In this document: positions 8,729 through 15,823 of the stretch, piece after piece
Layout of the letters: every line of letters begins with the position of its first letter
How positions within the stretch are numbered: the stretch's first letter is position 1
Source: Thermosulfurimonas dismutans
GTDB taxonomy: Bacteria; Desulfobacterota; Thermodesulfobacteria; Thermodesulfobacteriales; Thermodesulfobacteriaceae
NCBI RefSeq assembly: GCF_001652585.1
Contig: NZ_LWLG01000011.1
Coordinates: 30,001 to 62,000, forward strand
DNA: 32,000 nucleotides
Reading direction: 5' to 3'
Position numbers and translations under genes: made by a program
The notes under the pieces: generated by a model
Databases searched by the model: none
The model's input: only the letters and a program-made list of their open reading frames with translations
What the model was told of the DNA's origin: nothing

Positions 8729-9505
8729 TCACGACTTACGCCCGTAACCTTCCAAGTCCAGTGATACCTTTTTAAAGCCCAGTAGTTTCAAGGATTTGAC
8801 CCAAATTTCTCTATTATAAAAAGCCCTCTCAAGGGCCCCTTCCGGGACCTCTACCCGGGCTTCTCCTCTGAGATATCTCACTCTCAAAGGTTGCACTTTC
8901 AATAAGTCTTTCAACTTCCTTTCGGCCTCATAGACCATTTTCAAGGCCTCCTCGGTCACGGGTTCTCCAGGAGGAAAACGGGTAGCCAAACACGGCGAGG
9001 ACGTTTTTTCAGCCTGGGGAAGTCCCAGTTTTCTAGCCAGTTTCCGCACCTCGGTCTTGTTAAGCCCTCCCGCAAGAAGAGGGCTTTCTACGCCCAGTTC
9101 CTTCAAAGCCCTTAAGCCCGGCCTATCTTCAAAAAGATCGTCCAGTTGGGTCCCGTCCCAAACGGCTTCAGCTCCCCAGGCCCTGGCCACTTCGTAAAAT
9201 TTCTCAAAAAGGGCCTTTTTGCAGTGATAACAGCGATCAGGAGGATTTTCCCGAAAGGCCGGGAGACTGAGGGGCTCAAATTTTACTTCATAATGTTCAA
9301 CTCCAAGATGGCCTGCCGTCCTCCTTGCTAGCTCGCTTTCCTCTGGGGGGAAGATCGGCCCCGTGGCGGTAATAGCGAGGACGGAGTCCCTTCCCAAAGT
9401 CCGGATGGCCAAAGCTAGGAGAACGGCACTGTCCACCCCTCCGGACAGGGCCACCGCCACTCGACGGTGGCCCTCAAAGACTTTCTTTAAGCTCTCCGGA
9501 ATCAC
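8729..9505 (-). CDS. PP-loop ATP pyrophosphatase of the LarE / TIGR00268 type (putative ATP-dependent sulfur transferase)
   Basis: 258 aa. PP-loop VALSGGVDSAVLL. Three conserved-looking Cys (RCYHCKK and SSPCLATRF). The GTG start overlaps the upstream stop (TAGTG at 9507..9503). Confidence 0.8.
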   Translation of the reverse strand: MIPESLKKVFEGHRRVAVALSGGVDSAVLLALAIRTLGRDSVLAITATGPIFPPEESELARRTAGHLGVEHYEVKFEPLSLPAFRENPPDRCYHCKKALFEKFYEVARAWGAEAVWDGTQLDDLFEDRPGLRALKELGVESPLLAGGLNKTEVRKLARKLGLPQAEKTSSPCLATRFPPGEPVTEEALKMVYEAERKLKDLLKVQPLRVRYLRGEARVEVPEGALERAFYNREIWVKSLKLLGFKKVSLDLEGYGRKS

Positions 9506-10701
9506 TAGCCTGAAGATCTAAAAGGGAAGAGATCAGCCCCTGGTATGGGGGCCACCGGTTCAGTAAGGAGCATCTCGCCTTTCTTGATCCAATCTTTTAG
9601 GATCTCGGCAATTTCCTTGGCCCGAACATAACTCGAAATGGGAACCGTGGGCACTTCCTTATCCAGGACCTTGATCTTTCCGCTCTTGAGCTCGGCGTAG
9701 CTTACGATTCCATAGTTCCGCTTGATGCCGTTGGGGTAGTCGTAAGCATAGTCCACTACCTGGGTAAAAAGATCCTCATCACCCAGACCGGCATACATGG
9801 CCACTTCTTCGTTCAGAATGGGGATAGGAATACCTAGCCCCACGGCCAAGGAACAACCATAACCCAGGTGACTAGTGCCCACGATCCAGCGCGGATCCAT
9901 CTCCTTAAGGTTCCCGATTACCATCAAGGTAGCCCCCGGAGTAAGGGGAGCCCCTTTCTCCGTGCGTTTAACCTTCATGTTGTGCTGTGTCCCGGCCCAG
10001 ATCACATACCCTTTGGCCCCACCTAAGAAAATCCTAGTACCGATCCCGATGGTCTTGAGATAAGGGTCTTTCAGAAGGGGGGAGAGTTGACCGGCAGTGG
10101 CATAATTGGCGTTGGCCGCCTTGGGACGCAAAATCCCCATATAGGTATAAATGGTTTTATCAGAAAGGTTAATGGCGCAGTTATAGTTCTGATAGGCATT
10201 GCGGGGATTGCAGAGCACGGCGTAGGGGAGATCCTTGAGGGTGATCTCAGCTTCATATTCTTTGCGTGGATAACAGTGAGTGCCGTAAGCCACGGCCTTC
10301 AGATAAACCTTCTTGCCGGCCACCAGATCATGAATTACGTGTCCCCCACCGTAACGGAACTCGCCCGGGAAAACTTTATTTAGGGGATCGTCCTCCACAG
10401 GCTCCGTAGCCCCGAGGTAAATGTCTACGGCCGCAAGCCCGGCGTAGGCCGGAACCCCGTTAAGCCACACCCGGTAGGCCTTAATAGTGGGTACAGTGTG
10501 CCCAAAGTTGATGAAGGCCCCGGAGGAACACATGGGCGAAAAGGTCCCAGTGGTGACCACATCCACCTCGCGAGCGGCCTCCTCTGGCCCTACTTCCTTC
10601 ACGATTTTTACCATTTCCTCCGCGGTCACCACCACCGCTTCCCCTCGCCGAATCTTCTCGTTGATCTCGTCAATGGTTTTCCGTACCTTGAACTCCCCCA
10701 T
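9505..10701 (-). CDS. COG1900 / DUF39 protein (homocysteine-biosynthesis, L-aspartate-semialdehyde sulfurtransferase family)
   Basis: 398 aa. The N-terminus KTIDEINEKIRRGEAVVVTAEEM...VDVVTTGTFSPMCSSGAFINFGH is typical of the MJ0100/MA1821 DUF39 family. Strong GAGGAGG SD. No CBS or ferredoxin domain lies within this ORF. Confidence 0.8.
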   Translation of the reverse strand: MGEFKVRKTIDEINEKIRRGEAVVVTAEEMVKIVKEVGPEEAAREVDVVTTGTFSPMCSSGAFINFGHTVPTIKAYRVWLNGVPAYAGLAAVDIYLGATEPVEDDPLNKVFPGEFRYGGGHVIHDLVAGKKVYLKAVAYGTHCYPRKEYEAEITLKDLPYAVLCNPRNAYQNYNCAINLSDKTIYTYMGILRPKAANANYATAGQLSPLLKDPYLKTIGIGTRIFLGGAKGYVIWAGTQHNMKVKRTEKGAPLTPGATLMVIGNLKEMDPRWIVGTSHLGYGCSLAVGLGIPIPILNEEVAMYAGLGDEDLFTQVVDYAYDYPNGIKRNYGIVSYAELKSGKIKVLDKEVPTVPISSYVRAKEIAEILKDWIKKGEMLLTEPVAPIPGADLFPFRSSG

Positions 10702-10723
10702 AAGACGCCTCCTCTAAAGATAT

Positions 10724-11320
10724 TCAGTCCACCACCGATATGACCCGGTGGCCAGCCACCTCCAGGGCCGAAGCCAAAGGTTCCAATGGCATGCGTTCAA
10801 GGCGGATAAAGTAGATCTTCTCGCCACTCGGTTCCACATCCATGCCAATAGAGATCACCTTTCCTCCGTGGGCGCGGACGATCTCAAGGACCCCATCAAG
10901 GCCTTCCGGCTCTCGAGGAATAACGTCAAGCCGACTGCTCGAACGCAAAAGTCCCATAAGTTCAATAAAGGCCTCCAGGATATCCGTAATAGTGATGATC
11001 CCCACCAAGCGATCGCCTTCCACCACCGGGAGACCGCCGATTTTGTGCCGATAAATGATCCGGGCCGCCGCATCAATGGTGGTATCCGGGGAAACCGTGA
11101 TGGGATTAAGGATCATGATCTCCCTAAGAGGTTTCCCTAACTCCTCTGGCCGGGCATACTGGCGAATAGTACTTTCGGTAACCAACCCCACCAATCGCCC
11201 ATCTTCCACCACCGGAAGGTGTCTTATGGAATGGAGTTTCATGAGCTGCACCGCCTTCTCCAAGGAGTCCTCTGGAGAGACCGTAACCACCTTTTTTATC
11301 ATCCAGTGCCTAACCTTCAA
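10724..11320 (-). CDS. CBS-pair protein with a C-terminal ACT-like domain (AcuB-like regulatory protein)
   Basis: 198 aa. Two CBS motifs (MKVRHWMIKKVVTVSPEDSL...IRHLPVVEDGRLVGLVTE and MILNPITVSPDTT...IGGLPVVEGDRLVGIITITDIL), then about 70 aa of ACT-like tail. TTG start with AAGGGGG SD. Confidence 0.8.
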   Translation of the reverse strand: MKVRHWMIKKVVTVSPEDSLEKAVQLMKLHSIRHLPVVEDGRLVGLVTESTIRQYARPEELGKPLREIMILNPITVSPDTTIDAAARIIYRHKIGGLPVVEGDRLVGIITITDILEAFIELMGLLRSSSRLDVIPREPEGLDGVLEIVRAHGGKVISIGMDVEPSGEKIYFIRLERMPLEPLASALEVAGHRVISVVD

Positions 11321-11385
11321 AAATAGGCCCCCTTATTCCTTATTTCCCCTCAATCTATTCTGATTGTAGTCTTTTCGCAAGAAGG

Positions 11386-12096
11386 CTAAAAAGCCCTAAG
11401 AAGGGCCGCCAGAGCCGAAAGGAAGAGAAACAGATGTATAACACGATGATAAGAAACCTCGCCTATCCGACGATAAAGTCCTTGGCCTAAGGCCATCCCG
11501 AAAAGAACAGCCGGAAGATAGAGCAGATAGGCCTTCAAAGTGGAATCCCCCAATCGCCCGTAAAGTCCATGGGCCAGAATCATAAAACCCACCATGACCA
11601 TGAATACCCCCTGAAGAGCACTCTTGAGCTCGTCCTTTCCCACTCGCAGTAGATTGACATAAATCACCACCGGTGGCCCAGGGGTGTTGAGCATCCCGCC
11701 CAGAAAACCGGCCATAAACCCGAAAACCGGGCCCCAAAGTGGTGAAAGCTGTATCTTCCTGAATCTAGGGAAACATTCCCAGAGACAATATCCTGAGACC
11801 GTAAAGAAAAGGACAAACCGCAGGATCTTCTCCGGAAAAAGGCTAAGGGCCTCGGCTCCCAGAAAGATCCCCGGAATAGCTCCCAGGAGAAGCCCCAATA
11901 CAGGTTTCAGTCTAAAGCTTCTCCTCATAAGCCAAAATAAAATAAGGTTCATGGTGAATCCCCAAAGAGCGATCACCGGAACAATTTCGGAAAGGGGACG
12001 AATTAGGGAGAGTAAAGGGACAGCCAATAGAGCAAAAGCAAAACCTGCAAGCCCGTGAACAAAAGCCGAAAAAAAGAGAATCAGGGCCTCAAGCAT
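11386..12096 (-). CDS. TSUP (TauE/SafE, DUF81) family anion permease
   Basis: 236-aa polytopic membrane protein. N-terminus FFSAFVHGLAGFAFALLAVPLL and a second-half GFLGGMLNTPGPP motif are typical of TSUP. Its start overlaps the hisS stop by 1 nt. Confidence 0.8.
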   Translation of the reverse strand: MLEALILFFSAFVHGLAGFAFALLAVPLLSLIRPLSEIVPVIALWGFTMNLILFWLMRRSFRLKPVLGLLLGAIPGIFLGAEALSLFPEKILRFVLFFTVSGYCLWECFPRFRKIQLSPLWGPVFGFMAGFLGGMLNTPGPPVVIYVNLLRVGKDELKSALQGVFMVMVGFMILAHGLYGRLGDSTLKAYLLYLPAVLFGMALGQGLYRRIGEVSYHRVIHLFLFLSALAALLRAF

Positions 12097-13364
12097 TAGA
12101 ATCGCAGATCTATCAAAATACGATTGACAAGATCGGTAAGATTTTCAAAAGGAAGAGGCTCCTGAGTCCTGGTCTCAAGATCCTTAAGAAGGGCTTCTTT
12201 TTTCTGGAGTTCATCCTCGCCAAGGATCAAGACCTTTCTTGCGGAAAGACGATCGGCCTGCCGCAGGAGGGCTTTGAGACGGCGCCCCTCGTAGTCGGCC
12301 TCTACCCGGATACCCCTAGCTCGCAGACTCCGGGCAAGTCTGAGAGTCACCCGAGCAGCCTCTTCTCCAAGAGGGGCGATAAAAAGCTCAGGCGGACTTT
12401 CGAGTTCCGCAGGAAGCTCAGAAACCAGAAGCCACCTCTCTATACCGATGGCAAAACCCACCGCCGGAGTATCCGGTCCTCCAAGGGCGGAAACTAATCC
12501 ATCGTAGCGCCCACCGGCAGCTACCGTATCCTGAGCCCCGAGTCCTGGGGCTTTGATTTCAAAGATGGTCCGCGTGTAGTAATCCAGGCCCCGGACCAGC
12601 CTAGGATTTACTTGGTAGCTCACTTCGGCCTCGGAAAGGTAGGCTTTAAAAGCTTCGTAGTGGGCACGACAGTCTTCACAGAGAAAATTGGTAAGCTCGG
12701 GGGCCTCCCGATACTCAGCCTGGCAGACTTCGTTTTTACAGTCCAAAGCCCGCAAAGGATTGCGTTCGGCCCGTCTCTGACAATCCTCACAAAGACGCTC
12801 TTTACGAGCAAGGAGAAACTCTCTCAGTTCTTCCCGAAAAGGCACTCGACAATCTGGACAGCCCAATGAGTTTATTTCAAGCCTTAAATTCCGGGCTCCA
12901 CCGGCTTCAAGGATATCCAAGGCCATCACTACCAGTTCGGCATCCGTACCCGGAGATTGGGCGCCAAAGACTTCCACATCAATCTGGTGAAACTGACGCA
13001 GTCGGCCTTTCTGGGGACGTTCATGTCGGAACATGGGACCAATGGTAAAGAGTTTAATAGGCTTGGGACGGTTGTGTAAACCATGTTCAATAAAAGCTCT
13101 CACTATGCCCGCAGTGGCTTCCGGCCGCAGGGTCAACCTTTCCTGATTACGATCCACAAAGGTGTACATCTCCTTTTCCACAATATCAGTGGCCTCGCCA
13201 ATACTGCGGGCAAACAGTTCAGTCTTTTCCAAAATAGGAACCCGGATTTCCCGAAATCCATAGCGGACAAGAATCTCTCGGGCTTGGGCCTCAAGCCAGC
13301 TCCAGGCCGGAGTTTCTTCCGGCAAAATGTCCTTAAATCCTCGTACAGACTTAATCATTTTCAC
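12096..13364 (-). CDS. hisS: Histidine--tRNA ligase HisS
   Basis: 422 aa. Class-II aaRS motif 2 region (FRHERPQKGRLRQFHQIDVE), GGRYDGL and a C-terminal anticodon-binding domain. Confidence 0.93.
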   Translation of the reverse strand: MKMIKSVRGFKDILPEETPAWSWLEAQAREILVRYGFREIRVPILEKTELFARSIGEATDIVEKEMYTFVDRNQERLTLRPEATAGIVRAFIEHGLHNRPKPIKLFTIGPMFRHERPQKGRLRQFHQIDVEVFGAQSPGTDAELVVMALDILEAGGARNLRLEINSLGCPDCRVPFREELREFLLARKERLCEDCQRRAERNPLRALDCKNEVCQAEYREAPELTNFLCEDCRAHYEAFKAYLSEAEVSYQVNPRLVRGLDYYTRTIFEIKAPGLGAQDTVAAGGRYDGLVSALGGPDTPAVGFAIGIERWLLVSELPAELESPPELFIAPLGEEAARVTLRLARSLRARGIRVEADYEGRRLKALLRQADRLSARKVLILGEDELQKKEALLKDLETRTQEPLPFENLTDLVNRILIDLRF

Positions 13365-13692
13365 AGGGAGGATTCTTATGACAGATGGTATAAAGCTCGG
13401 TTACGGTAATCATACCCCGGGTAAGGATTCTCTCAAGCTCGGGAAGAATGTCCTCCACCTTCTCTAGGGTCTCAACAACCTCTATTTTCAGAGGCAAATT
13501 CTCCGAAGCCCTAAGGAGGCTTGCAGAGTGGACTTTTTTATCCGGCCCGTAACCATAAACCCCTTTAAATAGGGTAAGTCCGTGAATATCTCTTTCTCGA
13601 AGAAAGTCCAAAATGACCTTATAAAGGGGCTTTTTCCCCAGTTTTTCATCTTCGTCCACATAAATGGAAAGCAACACACATTTTTCTTTCAT
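13351..13692 (-). CDS. DUF190 (PII-like, CrcB-associated) protein
   Basis: 113 aa. LSIYVDEDEK...GKPLYKVILDFLRERDIHGLTLFKGVYGYG matches the DUF190/UPF0166 pattern. Its start overlaps the crcB stop (ATGA). Confidence 0.7.
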   Translation of the reverse strand: MKEKCVLLSIYVDEDEKLGKKPLYKVILDFLRERDIHGLTLFKGVYGYGPDKKVHSASLLRASENLPLKIEVVETLEKVEDILPELERILTRGMITVTELYTICHKNPPCEND

Positions 13693-14063
13693 CTAATCAA
13701 CACCTGAGCCAAAAGTTCTCCCAATCTTACCCCTATTATACCCAAAATAAAGCTACCCAAAGCGTTAAGAGCGGTAAGGAGCCATTCTCCACTCTTCAAA
13801 AGTTCATTGGTCTCGTAGGCGAAAGTAGAAAAAGTGGTAAAGGAGCCCAGAAAACCCACGGCCAGAAAGAATCTTACCGCCGGGCTTACATAAAGCGTTC
13901 CGGTAGCAAGACTCATGAGAAAACCCAAGGCAAACGACCCTAGGAGATTCACCGCCAGAGTACCTAAAGGAAAGTCCACCCCAAAACGGAGAAACCAACC
14001 ACTTACCAGATAGCGACAGACGGCCCCGAGGCATCCCCCGAGGCCTATGTAAATCAACTTCAA
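13689..14063 (-). CDS. crcB: Fluoride channel CrcB (Fluc)
   Basis: 124 aa with 4 TM segments. Motifs GGCLGAVCRY and GFLGSFTTFSTF. TTG start. Confidence 0.88.
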   Translation of the reverse strand: MKLIYIGLGGCLGAVCRYLVSGWFLRFGVDFPLGTLAVNLLGSFALGFLMSLATGTLYVSPAVRFFLAVGFLGSFTTFSTFAYETNELLKSGEWLLTALNALGSFILGIIGVRLGELLAQVLIR

Positions 14064-14090
14064 TCTATCCCTCCCTACCGCTGTCCGGCT

Positions 14091-14119
14091 TATTTATACC
14101 ACTTTTAAGTTTTTGTAAA
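14091..14119 (-). promoter_or_regulatory. Putative promoter of the crcB-DUF190-hisS... transcription unit
   Basis: Minus strand: TTTACA (14119..14114), 17-nt spacer, TAAATA (14096..14091), about 25 nt upstream of the TTG start. Confidence 0.4.
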
Positions 14120-14131
14120 TTTTTACTTTTC

Positions 14132-14160
14132 TTTACAAAATTATGAAATATTCCTAAATA
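14132..14160 (+). promoter_or_regulatory. Putative distal promoter facing the octahaem cytochrome gene
   Basis: TTTACA (14132..14137), 17-nt spacer, TAAATA (14155..14160). This mirrors the crcB promoter. The two -35 boxes sit in a perfect 9-bp inverted repeat, TTTTGTAAA-N12-TTTACAAAA (14111..14140). Confidence 0.3.
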
Positions 14161-14215
14161 ACTATCAAAAGGAAGTTTCTTAACAATATTTCAAGACCTT
14201 GGGCCCAAAAAAGAT

Positions 14216-14244
14216 TTGGTATTTTATATAAATGAGTTTATAAC
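14216..14244 (+). promoter_or_regulatory. Putative proximal promoter of the octahaem cytochrome gene
   Basis: TTGGTA (14216..14221), 17-nt spacer, TATAAC (14239..14244). GGGAG SD lies before the ATG at 14283. A perfect 10-bp palindrome TTGGGCCCAA (14199..14208) sits just upstream. Confidence 0.35.
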
Positions 14245-14282
14245 TTAATATTGAAGTCAAATCTACGCTAGGGAGAGCGACC

Positions 14283-15770
14283 ATGAAATTAAAAAGCTTT
14301 TGGGTTTGGAGCCTGGCCCTTTTTCTGCTCGCCGGAAAGGCTTGGGCGAATTCTTCGATAAGCGAGGATACCCAAACCTGTCTGGAATGTCACGAGGCTC
14401 TTACACCAGGTATTGTAGCAGACTGGAGGGAAAGCCTGCATGCCCAGATCACTCCCGAGGAGGCCCTGAAAAAAGCCCCTCTTGCAAGACGAATCAGCAC
14501 CTCTCAGGTCCCCGAAGACAAGAAAGGTGTAGTGGTAGGATGTGCCGAGTGTCATACCCTCAATCCTGACTCTCACCAGGACACTTTCGAACACAACGGT
14601 TTCAGGATTCATGTGGTGGTAACTCCCAAGGATTGCGAGACTTGCCATCCCAAGGAGGTAAAGGAATACGAGCACAATCTCATGTCCAAGGCCTATCGCA
14701 ACCTCAAGAATAACCCCGTCTATCACGGGCTCGTCGAGACCTCTTTAGGGCCGCAGAAGCTAGAGAAAGGTAGGCTAGTCTATCTCCCTTCTCATCCCCT
14801 TACGCAGGCCGACGCCTGTTTTTCCTGTCACGGGACCAAGGTGGAAGTCAAAGGGTTAACCTCGCGAGACACCCCCATGGGAGAGATGGAATTCCCGGTG
14901 CTTTCGGGATGGCCCAACCAGGGAACGGGCAGGATCAACCCCGACGGTTCGGAGGGGGCCTGCACCTCTTGTCATCCCCGACACTCTTTCTCTATAGAAA
15001 TTGCTCGAAAACCCTACACCTGTGCGCAGTGTCACAAAGGCCCGGATGTGCCAGCCTATAAAGTCTACGTAGTGAGCAAACACGGGAACATTTTCCAATC
15101 TCAAGGAAAACAATGGAATTTTAAAGCCGTACCTTGGAAGGTAGGCGAGGATTTCAAGGCCCCCACTTGTGCTACCTGTCACGTAAGCCTCCTGGTGGAC
15201 AAGGACGGAGCTGTAATAGTGGAGAGGACTCACCAGATGAACGATAGGAACGCCTGGCGGCTTTTTGGTCTCATCTATGCCCATCCCCACCCCAAGGAAT
15301 CTGACACTACTATCATAAAGAACAAAGCGGGACTATCTCTTCCCACCGAACTTACCGGAGAGCCTGTAACAGAATTCCTCATCGACAAAAAAGAGATGAA
15401 ACGTCGCCAGACCCGTATGAAGAGGGTGTGCTCCGCCTGCCACGCCACCACCTGGGTGGAAGGTTTCTTTACCCGGCTTCACAAAACCATCGAGATCACC
15501 AACCAGCAGACCCTAGCCGCCACTCAGATCGTGCTAATGGCCTGGAAAGAGGGCCTGGCACAGGGACTTCCCTCGAGCATCTTTGATGAGGCCATCGAGA
15601 AAATGTGGGTGGAACAATGGCTCTTTTACGCCAACTCCGTGCGTTTTGCTTCGGCCATGAGCGGGGCTGACTACGGGGTCTTTGCTAACGGCCGTTGGTT
15701 TTTGAACAAAAACCTTCAAGCCATGAAGGATTGGGTAGAGTTCAAACGCCGGACCAAGAAAAAGGATTAA
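14283..15770 (+). CDS. Periplasmic octahaem c-type cytochrome of the hydroxylamine oxidoreductase (HAO) family
   Basis: 495 aa. Signal peptide MKLKSFWVWSLALFLLAGKAWA. Eight CxxCH motifs (CLECH, CAECH, CETCH, CFSCH, CTSCH, CAQCH, CATCH, CSACH). HAO-like block GRINPDGSEGACTSCHPRHSFSIEIARKPYTCAQCHKGPD...VSKHG. Confidence 0.85.
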   Translation: MKLKSFWVWSLALFLLAGKAWANSSISEDTQTCLECHEALTPGIVADWRESLHAQITPEEALKKAPLARRISTSQVPEDKKGVVVGCAECHTLNPDSHQDTFEHNGFRIHVVVTPKDCETCHPKEVKEYEHNLMSKAYRNLKNNPVYHGLVETSLGPQKLEKGRLVYLPSHPLTQADACFSCHGTKVEVKGLTSRDTPMGEMEFPVLSGWPNQGTGRINPDGSEGACTSCHPRHSFSIEIARKPYTCAQCHKGPDVPAYKVYVVSKHGNIFQSQGKQWNFKAVPWKVGEDFKAPTCATCHVSLLVDKDGAVIVERTHQMNDRNAWRLFGLIYAHPHPKESDTTIIKNKAGLSLPTELTGEPVTEFLIDKKEMKRRQTRMKRVCSACHATTWVEGFFTRLHKTIEITNQQTLAATQIVLMAWKEGLAQGLPSSIFDEAIEKMWVEQWLFYANSVRFASAMSGADYGVFANGRWFLNKNLQAMKDWVEFKRRTKKKD

Positions 15771-15789
15771 CCTGCGAGGCTAAAAGAGA

Positions 15790-15817
15790 CCCCCGGAGCT
15801 GGTATTAGCTCCGGGGG
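15790..15817. terminator. GC-rich hairpin between convergent genes (probable terminator)
   Basis: CCCCCGGAGCT-GGTATT-AGCTCCGGGGG is an 11-bp perfect stem. A T-rich tail (GTCTCTTTT) follows on the minus strand only. Confidence 0.6.
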
Positions 15818-15823
15818 AAATCT

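Noticed and set aside
10748-11363. Plus-strand ORFs (130, 70 and 102 aa) opposite the CBS gene, and similar ORFs opposite hisS, the DUF39 gene, the TSUP gene and cstA
   Set aside because: All are antisense to genes with clear family motifs. None has an SD or a recognisable fold signature.
11321-11385. SAM riboswitch or T-box leader upstream of the CBS-DUF39 (homocysteine-type) operon or hisS
   Set aside because: The spacer is 65 nt, too short for either element. hisS has no leader at all, because its start overlaps the upstream gene.
14064-14282. Fluoride (crcB-motif) riboswitch upstream of crcB
   Set aside because: The predicted crcB leader is only about 20 nt. On reading the minus strand I could not find the conserved GATG / CTGATGAT pseudoknot elements. 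The region is better explained by divergent promoters.
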